Of a stretch of 64,000 nucleotides of DNA, positions 9,612-19,141 are shown piece by piece. The stretch lies in contig CAYZEJ010000001.1 in the NCBI GenBank assembly GCA_964477545.1, forward strand, positions 11-64,010. Reading direction: 5' to 3'. Both the position numbers and the translations under genes were made by a program. Every line of letters starts with the position of its first letter. Positions within the stretch are counted from its first letter, which is position 1. A model generated the notes under the pieces. The model saw only the letters and a program-made list of their open reading frames with translations. It was not told the DNA's origin and searched no databases. This DNA comes from an uncultured Anaerolineaceae bacterium (GTDB lineage: Bacteria > Chloroflexota > Limnocylindria > Limnocylindrales > CSP1-4).

Positions 9612-9777
9612 GAGGTTCGATGCCTTCCGTGGCCGGGCCGGGACGGGTCACTGACGGCCGGTTCGTACTGCGCGAATGCTTCTGCCCCGACTGCGGCACT
9701 GCCCTCGACGTGGAGGCTGCGCTGCCCGACGATCCGGTGCTCCACGACACGATCCGCGACTGGCCTACGGGATCGCC

Positions 9778-10401
9778 TTAGGGCAAGTCTGGATCCTCCG
9801 GCCGCGCTTCCGCTCGACCTGAGCTTCCCGGAGCCTGTCCGCGGGTACCGGCCCAGCGCTTGACTTTGGGCGAGCGCAGGCCGAACTGGTCGAGCATCCG
9901 GCCGACGAGGTGGTCGATCGCCTCGTCGAGCGAGGCCGGGTGGTTGTACCAAGCCGGCACGGGCGGAAAAATGACCACGCCCATTCGGCTCAACCCGAGC
10001 ATGTTCTCGAGGTGAACCTCGTTGAACGGCGTCTCGCGCGGCACGAGCAACAGCTTGCGGCGCTCCTTGAGGCATACGTCGGCAGCACGCCCGATCAGGT
10101 CGTCGGCGTAGCCGGTGCGAATGCCGGCCAGCGTCTTCATGCTGCACGGCACGATGATCATGCCGTCGGTCAGGAACGAGCCGGACGAAACCGGCGCGGC
10201 CTGATCGCCCGGCGCATAGACGACGTCGGCCAGCGCGGCGACGTCATCGGCCGAACGCGAGGTCTCGAGCTCGATCGTCGCCCGGGCCCAGCGGCTCAGG
10301 ATTAGGTGCGTCTCGACGTCGGGCATCGCGCGCAGCGTCTCGAGCAGGCGCACGCCAAGTGGAGCACCGGTGGCTCCGGTCATGGCGACGATCAGGCGCA
10401 T
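9778..10401 (-). CDS. ubiX: Flavin prenyltransferase UbiX (prFMN synthase)
   Basis: MRLIVAMTGATGAPLGVRLLE...IVPCSMKTLAGI hallmark UbiX/Pad1 sequence. Confidence 0.9.
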   Translation of the reverse strand: MRLIVAMTGATGAPLGVRLLETLRAMPDVETHLILSRWARATIELETSRSADDVAALADVVYAPGDQAAPVSSGSFLTDGMIIVPCSMKTLAGIRTGYADDLIGRAADVCLKERRKLLLVPRETPFNEVHLENMLGLSRMGVVIFPPVPAWYNHPASLDEAIDHLVGRMLDQFGLRSPKVKRWAGTRGQAPGSSGRAEARPEDPDLP

Positions 10402-10437
10402 CGGCCTAGCCTAACGGCGGTTTCGGTGCAGGCGTGG

Positions 10438-11175
10438 CTACCAGGCCGACACGTGGAGCGCCTGCCCGGTTACCTTAGCCGACTCGTCCGAGGCCAAGAA
10501 CAGGATCGCGTTGGCCACGTCGACCGGATCGGCGATCGACTTGAACGGGTTCAGATCGATACGCATCTGGCGATACTTCTCTTCCATGTTGACGAGCCGC
10601 GGGTTGTCGACGAAGCCCGGCACCACGCAGTTGACGTTGACCTTGTAGCGCGCCATTTCGCGCGCCAGCGCACTGGTGAAGCCGATGATCCCCGCCTTGG
10701 CCGTCGCGTAGTTGACCTGGCCGATGTTGCCCTGGTACGAGCGCGACGACATCAACACGATCTTTCCGTAGCTGCGCTCCATCATGTGCGGCACGACCGC
10801 CCGACAAGCCAAAAACGTCGTGCGCAGGTTGAGGTCGATGACCGAGTCCCATTGCTCGTCGGTCATCTTGTAGAGCAGCGCGTCCTTGGAACCGCCGACG
10901 AGCGGCACCAGGATGTCCAGCTGGCCAAGGTCGCTGACGACGCTGTCCACAAGCGCGCGGACATCGGCGTCGTCGCGGGCGTTGGTGGTGCGGAAACCGA
11001 CCTTCGACCGGTCGGGCACGTTCAGCCCGGCAACGAAGGTCCCCGACTTTGACTTGTCCAGGTCGGCTACGACGACGTGCGCGCCCTCCTGGCAGAAGCG
11101 CTCGACGATCGTGCCGCCGATTGCGCCAGCGCCGCCGGTGATGACTGCCACGCGCCCATCTAGGCGACCGCTCAC
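10438..11175 (-). CDS. Short-chain dehydrogenase/reductase (3-hydroxyacyl-CoA dehydrogenase-like)
   Basis: TGGAGAIG Rossmann motif and YxxxK catalytic motif. In an operon with thiolase and DUF35. Confidence 0.85.
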   Translation of the reverse strand: MSGRLDGRVAVITGGAGAIGGTIVERFCQEGAHVVVADLDKSKSGTFVAGLNVPDRSKVGFRTTNARDDADVRALVDSVVSDLGQLDILVPLVGGSKDALLYKMTDEQWDSVIDLNLRTTFLACRAVVPHMMERSYGKIVLMSSRSYQGNIGQVNYATAKAGIIGFTSALAREMARYKVNVNCVVPGFVDNPRLVNMEEKYRQMRIDLNPFKSIADPVDVANAILFLASDESAKVTGQALHVSAW

Positions 11176-11204
11176 TCGATCCTCCGACTAACGGCTGGCG
11201 GGTT

Positions 11205-12341
11205 CTAGCTGACCAGGATGTGGACGGCGGCGGCGCCGGTGCCGATACCCGGCGTCGAGCCACCCTGCACGTGCGCCAGTGCGGCCTTGGCGCCTGGCGC
11301 CTGGCGGAGGCCGGCACGTCCCTGGAGCTGGCGTGTCAGCTCCACGACCTGGACCACGCCCGTGGCACCCAGCGGATGGCCGAGCGATAGACGACCGCCG
11401 CTCGGGTTGACCGGCAGCCGGCCGCCGAGCGCCGTGACGCCTTCGTCCACGAGCCGACCTCCTTCGCCTTTCGCGCAGAAGCCGAGGTTCTCGTAGGCGA
11501 GGATCTCGCCGATGGTGAACGCGTCGTGGACCTCGGCGACGTCAATGTCCTCGGGACCGATGCCGGCCATCTCGTACGCCTTCTGCGCCGCGCGCGCGCC
11601 GACGTCGTCGTCCTGGCCGGGCTCGCCCTTGGCCGGGTTGGTGTATCGGCCCGACGTGACCGCCGACGCGGCCACTCGGATCGCGTTCGCCTTGCCATTG
11701 GCGAGTGTCTCGCGGCTGGCGAGCACGACCGCGGCGGCGCCATCGGTGGTCGGGCAGCACTGGAGCAGCGTCAGCGGCTCGGCGATCATACGCGAGCCGA
11801 GCACCTCCTCGATCGTCATGTGCTCCTGGTAGTGGGCATTCGGGTTGAGCGCGCCGAACTGGTGCGCTTTGACCGACACCTGGGCCATCTGCTCGGGCGT
11901 CAGGCCATACGTGTCCATGTGCTTGCGCGCGCGAAGGGCGTACTTGGCCGGCAGTGTCTTGCCCAGGGCAGCCTCGTACTCCCCCGGATTGGACGGGATG
12001 AGGCCCTTCTCCATCTTCTCCATGCCGACCACGAGCGCAACGTCGTGCATCCCCGAGGCCACGGCCATCCAGCCGATATGCAGCGCCGAGCCACCGCCCG
12101 CGCAGGCATTCTCGACGTTGAGGATCGGCATCCCGGTCAGGCTCAGCTCGCGCAGCACGCGCTGGCCGGCAACGCGGCCGCCGTTCGAGTTGCCGAAGAC
12201 GGCGATCCCCACCCGGCCGGCGTCGATGCCGCTGTCCTCCAACGCCGCCGTCACGGCCCGGGGGACGAAGTCCTCGAGCAGCTGATCTGGATAACGGCCG
12301 AACTTGATCTGGCCGGTGCCGGCGACGAATACGTCACGCAT
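11205..12341 (-). CDS. Thiolase-like protein, SCP-x / BbsB type (lipid-transfer-protein family)
   Basis: MRDVFVAGTGQIKFGRY N-terminus and a C-terminal thiolase domain. Paired with a DUF35 protein. Confidence 0.85.
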   Translation of the reverse strand: MRDVFVAGTGQIKFGRYPDQLLEDFVPRAVTAALEDSGIDAGRVGIAVFGNSNGGRVAGQRVLRELSLTGMPILNVENACAGGGSALHIGWMAVASGMHDVALVVGMEKMEKGLIPSNPGEYEAALGKTLPAKYALRARKHMDTYGLTPEQMAQVSVKAHQFGALNPNAHYQEHMTIEEVLGSRMIAEPLTLLQCCPTTDGAAAVVLASRETLANGKANAIRVAASAVTSGRYTNPAKGEPGQDDDVGARAAQKAYEMAGIGPEDIDVAEVHDAFTIGEILAYENLGFCAKGEGGRLVDEGVTALGGRLPVNPSGGRLSLGHPLGATGVVQVVELTRQLQGRAGLRQAPGAKAALAHVQGGSTPGIGTGAAAVHILVS

Positions 12342-12753
12342 TTCTTGGTTCGCCTTGCTCCGCTGGGGCGAAACGGTAGGTGACGAACGGCGTTCCGTCG
12401 GCCGATACGCTGGTCGTGCCCTCGGTGACGCGGATGGCCATGCCCGTGGCCAGCTGATCGACCGGTGCATCGATCGGGGCAAGCACGACGGCGTCGCCGG
12501 GGAACACGCCGTAACCCACCGCCATCGGCGTCGTGAAGCCGGCCGGCGCCTGGTGAACCACAGTGTAGCTCAGCAACCGGGCCGGACCCTCGAGGCGCAT
12601 TGGCTCGACTTCGGTGCTCCGACAGCGCGGGCAGAACTCGCGCTCGGGAAACGTGACCTCGCCGCACGTGAGGCAGCGGATGCCGTGGAGCGTTACCTTG
12701 CCGCTCTGCGAGGTGGTCCAGCGGCCGATGCGTAAAGCCAAGTATGTCCTCAC
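12334..12753 (-). CDS. DUF35 OB-fold/zinc-ribbon protein (thiolase partner, BbsA-like)
   Basis: CxxC...CxxC ribbon (CLTCGEV...CPRCRS) followed by an OB fold. Start placed at GTG 12753 so that the conserved promoter motif at 12789-12840 lies upstream. The track ORF extends to 12819. Confidence 0.7.
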   Translation of the reverse strand: MRTYLALRIGRWTTSQSGKVTLHGIRCLTCGEVTFPEREFCPRCRSTEVEPMRLEGPARLLSYTVVHQAPAGFTTPMAVGYGVFPGDAVVLAPIDAPVDQLATGMAIRVTEGTTSVSADGTPFVTYRFAPAEQGEPRNA

Positions 12754-12788
12754 TCTGTTCGTGCCGGGTCGTCCGATCGACGCCGTGC

Positions 12789-12802
12789 GCAACGATTGTT
12801 GC
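12789..12802. promoter_or_regulatory. Inverted-repeat motif GCAACGATTGTTGC (site 1), start of a conserved promoter block shared with 47337-47390
   Basis: Exact GCAAC-N4-GTTGC in the divergent region between the DUF35 operon and MFS gene 1. The downstream block GAGCATGACAnTATCnGTTCCA is conserved in the paralogous promoter. Confidence 0.5.
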
Positions 12803-12887
12803 ACGGACTCGCGGAGCATGACACTATCGGTTCCAGTGGAACCCAGCGGATTCGTGACTGACGCCGACCAGTGGCTCGGCCCCTAAC

Positions 12888-14096
12888 GTGAGGCGGCCCC
12901 GCCTCAGGCCAGAAGCGCCGCCAGATCCGGCGCCCGGTGGAAACGCGGGTACCGGCCCTCCCGCGGACGGTGCCAGAGACCGCGCGTTCTCGATGCTGTC
13001 GATCGCGGGTTTCTCAGTTTCACTTGGCGCGTCAAGTCTCGTCCTGCCGCTGCTCGCAGTCGCGGCCGGGTACGACATCGCTGCCGTCGGTCTGTTCACG
13101 GCGATCTCGGCCGTCTCGCAGCTGCTGTTCAGGCTATGGCTGCCCTGGCTACTGACGCGCTTCCCCGACCGGAACCTGGTCATTACCGCCAACGTGATGA
13201 TGGTTGGTTCATTCGCCGCGCTTCTTTTCAGCACCGCGCTGCCGGCGTTTGTCACCGCACAACTACTCCAGGGCACGGCGCGCGCCCTTTTCTGGACAGC
13301 CACGCAGACGCACGCTGTGCGAAGTGCCGGGGGCCCTGTCCGGGCGCTCTCGATGGTCAACGCAGTCGGGAACCTCGGCCAGCTGGTTGCTCCCGCCATC
13401 GCTGGCGTGGTCGCGGCACAGTCGCTCGAGTGGGGCCTGGCGCTGTGTGCAGCGGCATCCGCGATCGGCCTCTTCACCGGCTTTGGCATGGCGCTGCTGC
13501 CGCCCTTTACCAAGCAGGCACGGCACGGCGAGCTGCGTATCTGGCGCCGGCCCGGCGTCGATGTAGCCTGCTGGGCCTCGTACAGTGCCGGCGGCTGGCG
13601 GGCCATGGTCATGTCGCTCGTACCTGCGGCGCTCGAAGCTGCGGGCCAGCCACGCGCGGTGATCGGGGTGCTGATGATGACGTCGGAGGCGACCGGCCTG
13701 GCCACAGCTGCCGTGCTCGTCCGCTTCCGCGTGCCTAACGTCCCGGCCGCCATCCAGCTCGCCGTTCTGATGCTCACCACCGCCCTTGTGTTGTTCCCGT
13801 TTGTGGCCTCGAACCCCGTCACCGCGGCGCTGGCGATGGCGCTCGGCGGGCTCGGGTCAGGCCTGCTGATGAGCCTCGGTCCGGCGCTGGCGACGATGTC
13901 CGTCCGACCCGAGGAGCGGGGCGAGGCGATCGCCGTGGCCGGTACGTTTCGCGCGGTGTCACTGCTGATCACGCCCGGAGCCGCCGCGATCGCCATCGGC
14001 GTCGTCACCCTGCCCGTGGGCATGGTCGTGGCTGGCCTGGTCATCGGCATTCCGCCGATCGTCGCTGGGCTTCTTCGGGCGACGCGCGCAACCTGA
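12888..14096 (+). CDS. MFS transporter (paralog 1)
   Basis: 12 predicted TM segments. About 70% identical to 47485-48678. Confidence 0.8.
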   Translation: MRRPRLRPEAPPDPAPGGNAGTGPPADGARDRAFSMLSIAGFSVSLGASSLVLPLLAVAAGYDIAAVGLFTAISAVSQLLFRLWLPWLLTRFPDRNLVITANVMMVGSFAALLFSTALPAFVTAQLLQGTARALFWTATQTHAVRSAGGPVRALSMVNAVGNLGQLVAPAIAGVVAAQSLEWGLALCAAASAIGLFTGFGMALLPPFTKQARHGELRIWRRPGVDVACWASYSAGGWRAMVMSLVPAALEAAGQPRAVIGVLMMTSEATGLATAAVLVRFRVPNVPAAIQLAVLMLTTALVLFPFVASNPVTAALAMALGGLGSGLLMSLGPALATMSVRPEERGEAIAVAGTFRAVSLLITPGAAAIAIGVVTLPVGMVVAGLVIGIPPIVAGLLRATRAT

Positions 14097-14138
14097 TTCG
14101 ATCACACCCACCCGAGCTGCCGACCAGAACGCATTAGG

Positions 14139-15122
14139 TCAGACGGGTTCGGGCAGCGGAAGCCCAACGCCCGACTCGATCGCGCGGCGATAGACAAGCT
14201 CGGCGACGGCCACGTCGTAAAGACCCATCCCGAAGCATTTGAACAACGTGACTTGGTCCTCACTGGTGCGGCCGGGCGTCCGGCCGGCGATGATCGCCCC
14301 GAGCTCGACGGCACGGCCGGAGGCGACCGCCTCGCCCACCTCGGGCGTCTCCTGCTCACGGGCCTGCTCGAGCGAGTCGACCGCGACAACCCCCGCAAGA
14401 GCGACCGTCGCGTCGTCAATCTCACGCCGCTCGCGGCCGGAAGCGATGTCGAGGCGGTACGACGAGCGAATTGAGACGACGTGCGTGCCTGGCGACAGCC
14501 ACTCCCCACGAAACACCGGCTGGGTCGCGCTGGTCGCGGCGATTACGATCTCGCACCCGCTCGCGGCGTCACGCACGTCGCTCACGGGATGAACTTTGAC
14601 TCCGAGCCGCTCGCCCATCTCGGAGGCAAACCGATCACGCCGGTGGGGAGTCGGGCTGAAGATCCGCACTTCGCTCAGCCGCCGTGCCGCCGCAGCCGCG
14701 AGCAACTGGGTCCGCGCTTGACGTCCGGCCCCGATCAGGCCCACAACGCTCGCCGACGGCCGCGCCATGTGGCGTACCGATACGCCGCCTGCCGCACCCG
14801 TCCGGTAGTCGGTGATCAGGTCGGACCAGAAGAGAGCCAACAGCTCGCCGGTGTCGGTGCTGTAGAGCACCTGGACGGACTCCTTGGTGACGCCGGGCGC
14901 GAAGTCGAAGCTCTGGATACCGGCCTTGGTGCCCATGACGCCACGGCTCGGCAGCGCGCCACTCATCGAACGGAACACGCCTTTTGGCACGCGCAATCGC
15001 TGGCGCGGCAGGTTGATCGCCGTGCCCTCGCATTGCTCGCGCAGCGCGGTCTCGACAGCGTCGAGCGCCTCGTCCATGCGCAGCAGCCGACCGACGTCGG
15101 CGTGCGACAGGAAGATCGCCAC
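14139..15122 (-). CDS. Ornithine cyclodeaminase / mu-crystallin family protein (paralog 1)
   Basis: OCD/mu-crystallin Rossmann region (VGLIGAGRQARTQL). Adjacent to UbiD 1. Confidence 0.85.
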   Translation of the reverse strand: MAIFLSHADVGRLLRMDEALDAVETALREQCEGTAINLPRQRLRVPKGVFRSMSGALPSRGVMGTKAGIQSFDFAPGVTKESVQVLYSTDTGELLALFWSDLITDYRTGAAGGVSVRHMARPSASVVGLIGAGRQARTQLLAAAAARRLSEVRIFSPTPHRRDRFASEMGERLGVKVHPVSDVRDAASGCEIVIAATSATQPVFRGEWLSPGTHVVSIRSSYRLDIASGRERREIDDATVALAGVVAVDSLEQAREQETPEVGEAVASGRAVELGAIIAGRTPGRTSEDQVTLFKCFGMGLYDVAVAELVYRRAIESGVGLPLPEPV

Positions 15123-15147
15123 TCCCTAGATCAGGCCTCCAAGCTGG

Positions 15148-16683
15148 TCACGCTCGGGCGCCCTCCTCCACCACGCCCGTTCCGTTGCCGGCCGAACTGT
15201 CAGCAGCCGTGCCATCAGTTGCGCCGCGGGCCGCGCCATCTCCGCTGCCATCGTTGGCCGGCTTGTTCAGGATCCAGCCCCAACGCTTGCGCGTTTCGCG
15301 CTTGGTCTCGACGTCCGGCCCGATCGTCCGCGGAAACCTGTCGCGCCACTCCCACGGGATCGTCGCGTCGTACAGCATCCGCGAGTTGAAGCCCTTGTGG
15401 TCGGGATGGATGGCGGGGTCGAGCGGGCCCGAATATGCGCGTTTAATGAGGTCGATCGAGCGCTCCGGATCGCCGCGCGTGACCATCGCCCAGACCACGT
15501 CCTCCAGGTCCGTCACGTCGATGTCTTCATCGACGACCACGACGATGCGCCCGAGGTAGGCCCCGGTGTGGCACATCGCTGCGACGTGCAGCGCCTGCCG
15601 GGAATGGCCAGCGTAGCGCTGCTGGATCGAGATGACGTTGAAGAGCCGCGTACCGCCCAGCGCGAAACACCATGCGTCGACCACGCCCGGCACGCCGGCC
15701 CGCTTGAGGTCGCGCAGCAGGAGGGCCGAGCGCAGGTGATCGCGGTAGCGCATCGGCTCCCAGGGCGGCTTGTTGGGCGGCACGCCGAGCAGGATGGGGT
15801 CGTTGCGGTGGTAGACCGCCTCGACCTCCATGAACGGCTCCTCATGCTCTCCTGAGGCGTAGTAGCCATGCCACTCGCCGAACGGGCCTTCCATCATCCA
15901 CTGGTCGTGGCGCAGGAAGCCCTCGAAGACGATTTCAGCGTGCGATGGGATCGGCAGCCCGGTAATAGGCCCCTTGACGACCGGATAAGGCTCGCCGCGA
16001 ATGCCGCCGAGCCAGTCGTACTCGGACACGCCGTAGGGCACCTCCAGCGTCGAGGCCATGAACAGCAGCGGATCCATGCCCAGGATGATCGCCACGGGCA
16101 TGGGCTCCTGGCGTTTGAAGTACACGTCACGGAACTGGATGCCGTGCTTGCCGGGCGAGATGTAAACGCCTACCCGCTTGTCATCGTGGACCTGCACACG
16201 GTATGTCCCGACGTTGATCCAATCCGAGTCGGGGTCCTTGATCACGACGCCGACGCCCGTGCCGATATAGCGGCCGCCATCGTGCGGATGCCACCACGGC
16301 GAGGGGAACTTCAGGACGTTGACATCGGCGCCCTTGTCGACGTTCTCGAAAACCTCGCCGCCATCCTGCACGGACGGTGGCACTGCGCGTCCGGCCTCCG
16401 TGAGCTCGAGGAAGCGGTCCATCAGTGGGCGCCGCTCGATGTCCTCCGGCAGGCCCAGTGTGAGCGCGAGCCGTGGCCGGGTGGCCAGGGCGTTGGCCAG
16501 GATGCGGTAGCCCGCTGGATAGTCCGGGATCTGATCAAAGATCACCGCGGGCGCGTCATCAGTGTGGTGGAGCATCTCGGTAACACGGCCGATATCCTCC
16601 TGCCACGAGGCTTCGGTAACCTCGCGCAGCTCGCCGCGCTGACGTACGCGCTCGATCCAGTCGCGCAGGTCGCGATACTCCAC
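15148..16683 (-). CDS. UbiD-family (prFMN-dependent) decarboxylase, paralog 1, with a Gly/Ala/Ser/Asp-rich C-terminal tail
   Basis: UbiD family with the EGPFGEWHG motif. 511 aa. Confidence 0.9.
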   Translation of the reverse strand: MEYRDLRDWIERVRQRGELREVTEASWQEDIGRVTEMLHHTDDAPAVIFDQIPDYPAGYRILANALATRPRLALTLGLPEDIERRPLMDRFLELTEAGRAVPPSVQDGGEVFENVDKGADVNVLKFPSPWWHPHDGGRYIGTGVGVVIKDPDSDWINVGTYRVQVHDDKRVGVYISPGKHGIQFRDVYFKRQEPMPVAIILGMDPLLFMASTLEVPYGVSEYDWLGGIRGEPYPVVKGPITGLPIPSHAEIVFEGFLRHDQWMMEGPFGEWHGYYASGEHEEPFMEVEAVYHRNDPILLGVPPNKPPWEPMRYRDHLRSALLLRDLKRAGVPGVVDAWCFALGGTRLFNVISIQQRYAGHSRQALHVAAMCHTGAYLGRIVVVVDEDIDVTDLEDVVWAMVTRGDPERSIDLIKRAYSGPLDPAIHPDHKGFNSRMLYDATIPWEWRDRFPRTIGPDVETKRETRKRWGWILNKPANDGSGDGAARGATDGTAADSSAGNGTGVVEEGARA

Positions 16684-16785
16684 GGTTTGCTACCTCCACA
16701 CGGTGGCACGGCCGATGCTTGCCTCGCCGGGACATCGTACAGAGTGTCACGATGTAGTGCGCAATCCAGTGCAGAAACGGTTGAC

Positions 16786-16831
16786 AGCAGCAATTGTTGT
16801 GTCAGCATCCTGTCAGGGGAGCAACCGTTGC
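16786..16831. promoter_or_regulatory. Divergent promoter region with GCAGCAATTGTTG and GCAACCGTTGC inverted repeats and TTGACA/TGTCA arms
   Basis: Variants of the GCAAC/GTTGC arm motif in the 261-bp divergent region between UbiD 1 and LLM 1. Confidence 0.4.
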
Positions 16832-16944
16832 GTGACGCGCACTTCAAGCCACTCAAATGGCATCGCGGCTGAGCGCGAGCAACACTCCGTCGGGCTGCTC
16901 GTAGCCAGATTGATGGAACAACTGCCACCGGGAGGACGTGCGTC

Positions 16945-18033
16945 GTGAAAGTGTCGATCGCCGAGCTGGGCGAAATGCCGCACGGCCGCTATCTGGACTT
17001 CGTGCGTCTGTGCGAGCTCCTGCGCTTCGACGGTTTCTACCACGCTGATGAGAAGTGGACTCGGGACGTCTGGTCGCGGCTGGGCATGGCGGCGACAGTC
17101 ACCAGCCGTATCCGCCTTGGACCGAGTGTCACCGACCCCGTAACTCGTCACCCGGCGCTGACCGCCCAGGCCGCGGCGACCTTGGCCGAGGCTACCCAGG
17201 GGAGGTTCCACCTGATGCTCGGAGCCGGAAGCCACTTCGAGACTCTGCCCGGGTTCGAGGTCAACCGGCCCGCCGCCGCCATCCGCGAAGCCATCGAGCT
17301 TTGCCGCCGGCTGTGGACGGGTGAGCGGGTCACGTACGAGGGCGAGATCGTGCGCTTCCTCGGCGGCAAGCTCGACTTCCCCCTTAGCCCGGAGTTGACG
17401 CCCAAGATATGGGTGGCGACGCGCGGCGTCCAGGTGCTGCGCATGGCCGGTGCTGTCGCCGATGGCGTCCTCGTCGGCAGCTTCGCGACCGACTGGGGCA
17501 TCAATTACGCGCGGGCCGAGATCGCCAAGGGCCTTGAGCGGTCGGGCCGCAGCTGGCAGGACATTACCCTCGCCAGCTGGCTGTACGTGTGCATCCTGCC
17601 GAATGCGGACGATCCTGTGCCCGAGGGCATCCGACGCGGCGTCAGCCACGCCCTGTGGAGCAGCCGGCCGATCATGGAGCCGCTCATCGACGCGCTTGCC
17701 GGCGAGGTTCCTGATGAGTTCCGCCGCTTCGTACGCGAAGCGCCGCACGAGTGGTCGCCGGAGGTGCTGGGTGAGTTGCGCCGCTTGATTCCGCGCAACC
17801 TGATCGACCAGATGTCCGTTGTAGGCACGGCCGAGCAGGTGACCGAGAAGCTGCTCAACCTCGAGCGTCTTGGCGTCCAGGAAATCGTGGTCTGGCCGTT
17901 CCCTCACGACGCCGGCGTCCAGACCACGGCCGACACGTCGGACGTTGAGGATTTCGTGGTCGACTTCGCCCAGAACGTCCTGCCACGGGTGCGACGCCAC
18001 GAGTCGCGCGGTGAATACACGCTGGTCGACTGA
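16945..18033 (+). CDS. LLM-class (luciferase-like) F420/flavin-dependent oxidoreductase (paralog 1)
   Basis: Luciferase-like monooxygenase fold. RBS GGGAGGA 7 nt before GTG. About 65% identical to 49756-50820. Confidence 0.85.
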   Translation: MKVSIAELGEMPHGRYLDFVRLCELLRFDGFYHADEKWTRDVWSRLGMAATVTSRIRLGPSVTDPVTRHPALTAQAAATLAEATQGRFHLMLGAGSHFETLPGFEVNRPAAAIREAIELCRRLWTGERVTYEGEIVRFLGGKLDFPLSPELTPKIWVATRGVQVLRMAGAVADGVLVGSFATDWGINYARAEIAKGLERSGRSWQDITLASWLYVCILPNADDPVPEGIRRGVSHALWSSRPIMEPLIDALAGEVPDEFRRFVREAPHEWSPEVLGELRRLIPRNLIDQMSVVGTAEQVTEKLLNLERLGVQEIVVWPFPHDAGVQTTADTSDVEDFVVDFAQNVLPRVRRHESRGEYTLVD

Positions 18034-18048
18034 GCAGGCGCCGGAATC

Positions 18049-19035
18049 ATGCTTCGATTGACCATTGCTACCGGCCTGTACGACCGCACTGCGGCGCTAC
18101 ACGATGGGCGCATCCGCCCGGAGGGCGTCGACGCCACTTGGCTGGCGCTCAACGTGGAGCAGATCTTCTGGCGCATGCTCCAGCACGGCGAGTTCGACGC
18201 CAGCGAGCTGTCGCTGGCGAGCTATGTGATCAGGCGCGATCAGGGCCATCGAGACCTGGTCGCCATCCCGGTCTACCTCTCGCGCACGTTCCGCCACGAC
18301 TGCATCTACGTCAACGCCGACGCGGGCATCAGCGAGCCTCGGGAGCTTGTCGGGCGGCGCGTGGGGGTGCCCGAGTACCAGATAACGGCGGCGGTCTTTG
18401 CCCGCGGCCTGCTGTCGGATGACTTCGACATCGATCCTCGTCAACTGGAGTGGCTGCAGGGTGGGCTCGAGGAGCCCGGCCGCGTGCCGCACACGAAGGT
18501 CGAGCTTCCCGCTGACATCCGCGTCTCCATGATCGGCGAGGACAAGACACTGGCGCGCATGCTCGAGGAGGGCGAGATCGACGCGCTGATCAGCCCACGT
18601 GTGCCCTCTACTTTCCGAAGCGGTCGGGGCAAGGTCGTACGGCTCTTCGAGAGCCCGTGGGCGCAAGCGCGCGACTACTACAGCCGAACCGGGATCTTCC
18701 CGATCATGCACCTGGTCGCGGTTCGTTCGGAGCTGGTCGAGGCCAACCCATGGCTGCCGCAGACGCTTGCACGGGCGTTCGGCGCGGCCAAGGCGATAGC
18801 TGACGCCAACCTGCGCGAGACAGCCGCGCTGCCGATCAGCCTGCCGTTCCTCGTGGAGCACTTCGAGCAGACCGCCGCTTTGATGGGCGCCGACTTCTGG
18901 CCGTACGGGGTGGAGGCCAACCGGCCGACGCTGGAGGCGTTCATCCGCTACGCCCACGAGCAAGGGCTTATCAAGGAGCGTCCCGCTATCGAGGAGCTCT
19001 TTCCGGCCAGCACCCAGCGAACGTCGCGACTATGA
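18049..19035 (+). CDS. PhtD-like protein (4,5-dihydroxyphthalate decarboxylase family, NMT1-related PBP fold), cytoplasmic, paralog 1
   Basis: N-terminus MLRLTIATGLYDRTAALHDGRIRPEG without a signal peptide. Family assignment is from memory of similarly annotated proteins. Confidence 0.65.
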   Translation: MLRLTIATGLYDRTAALHDGRIRPEGVDATWLALNVEQIFWRMLQHGEFDASELSLASYVIRRDQGHRDLVAIPVYLSRTFRHDCIYVNADAGISEPRELVGRRVGVPEYQITAAVFARGLLSDDFDIDPRQLEWLQGGLEEPGRVPHTKVELPADIRVSMIGEDKTLARMLEEGEIDALISPRVPSTFRSGRGKVVRLFESPWAQARDYYSRTGIFPIMHLVAVRSELVEANPWLPQTLARAFGAAKAIADANLRETAALPISLPFLVEHFEQTAALMGADFWPYGVEANRPTLEAFIRYAHEQGLIKERPAIEELFPASTQRTSRL

Positions 19036-19065
19036 AAACTGGCGCAGCAGCATTACTCTCAGGCA

Positions 19066-19079
19066 GCAACTCTTGTTGC
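19066..19079. promoter_or_regulatory. Inverted-repeat motif GCAACTCTTGTTGC (site 3) plus half-site CGCAACGATTG at 19093-19103
   Basis: Exact GCAAC-N4-GTTGC upstream of tctC. Confidence 0.5.
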
Positions 19080-19141
19080 AGGCTCGTATGATCGCAACGA
19101 TTGCGGCCGCGAGGTCGCGCAAGCGAGGAGGTCCTGTCCCG

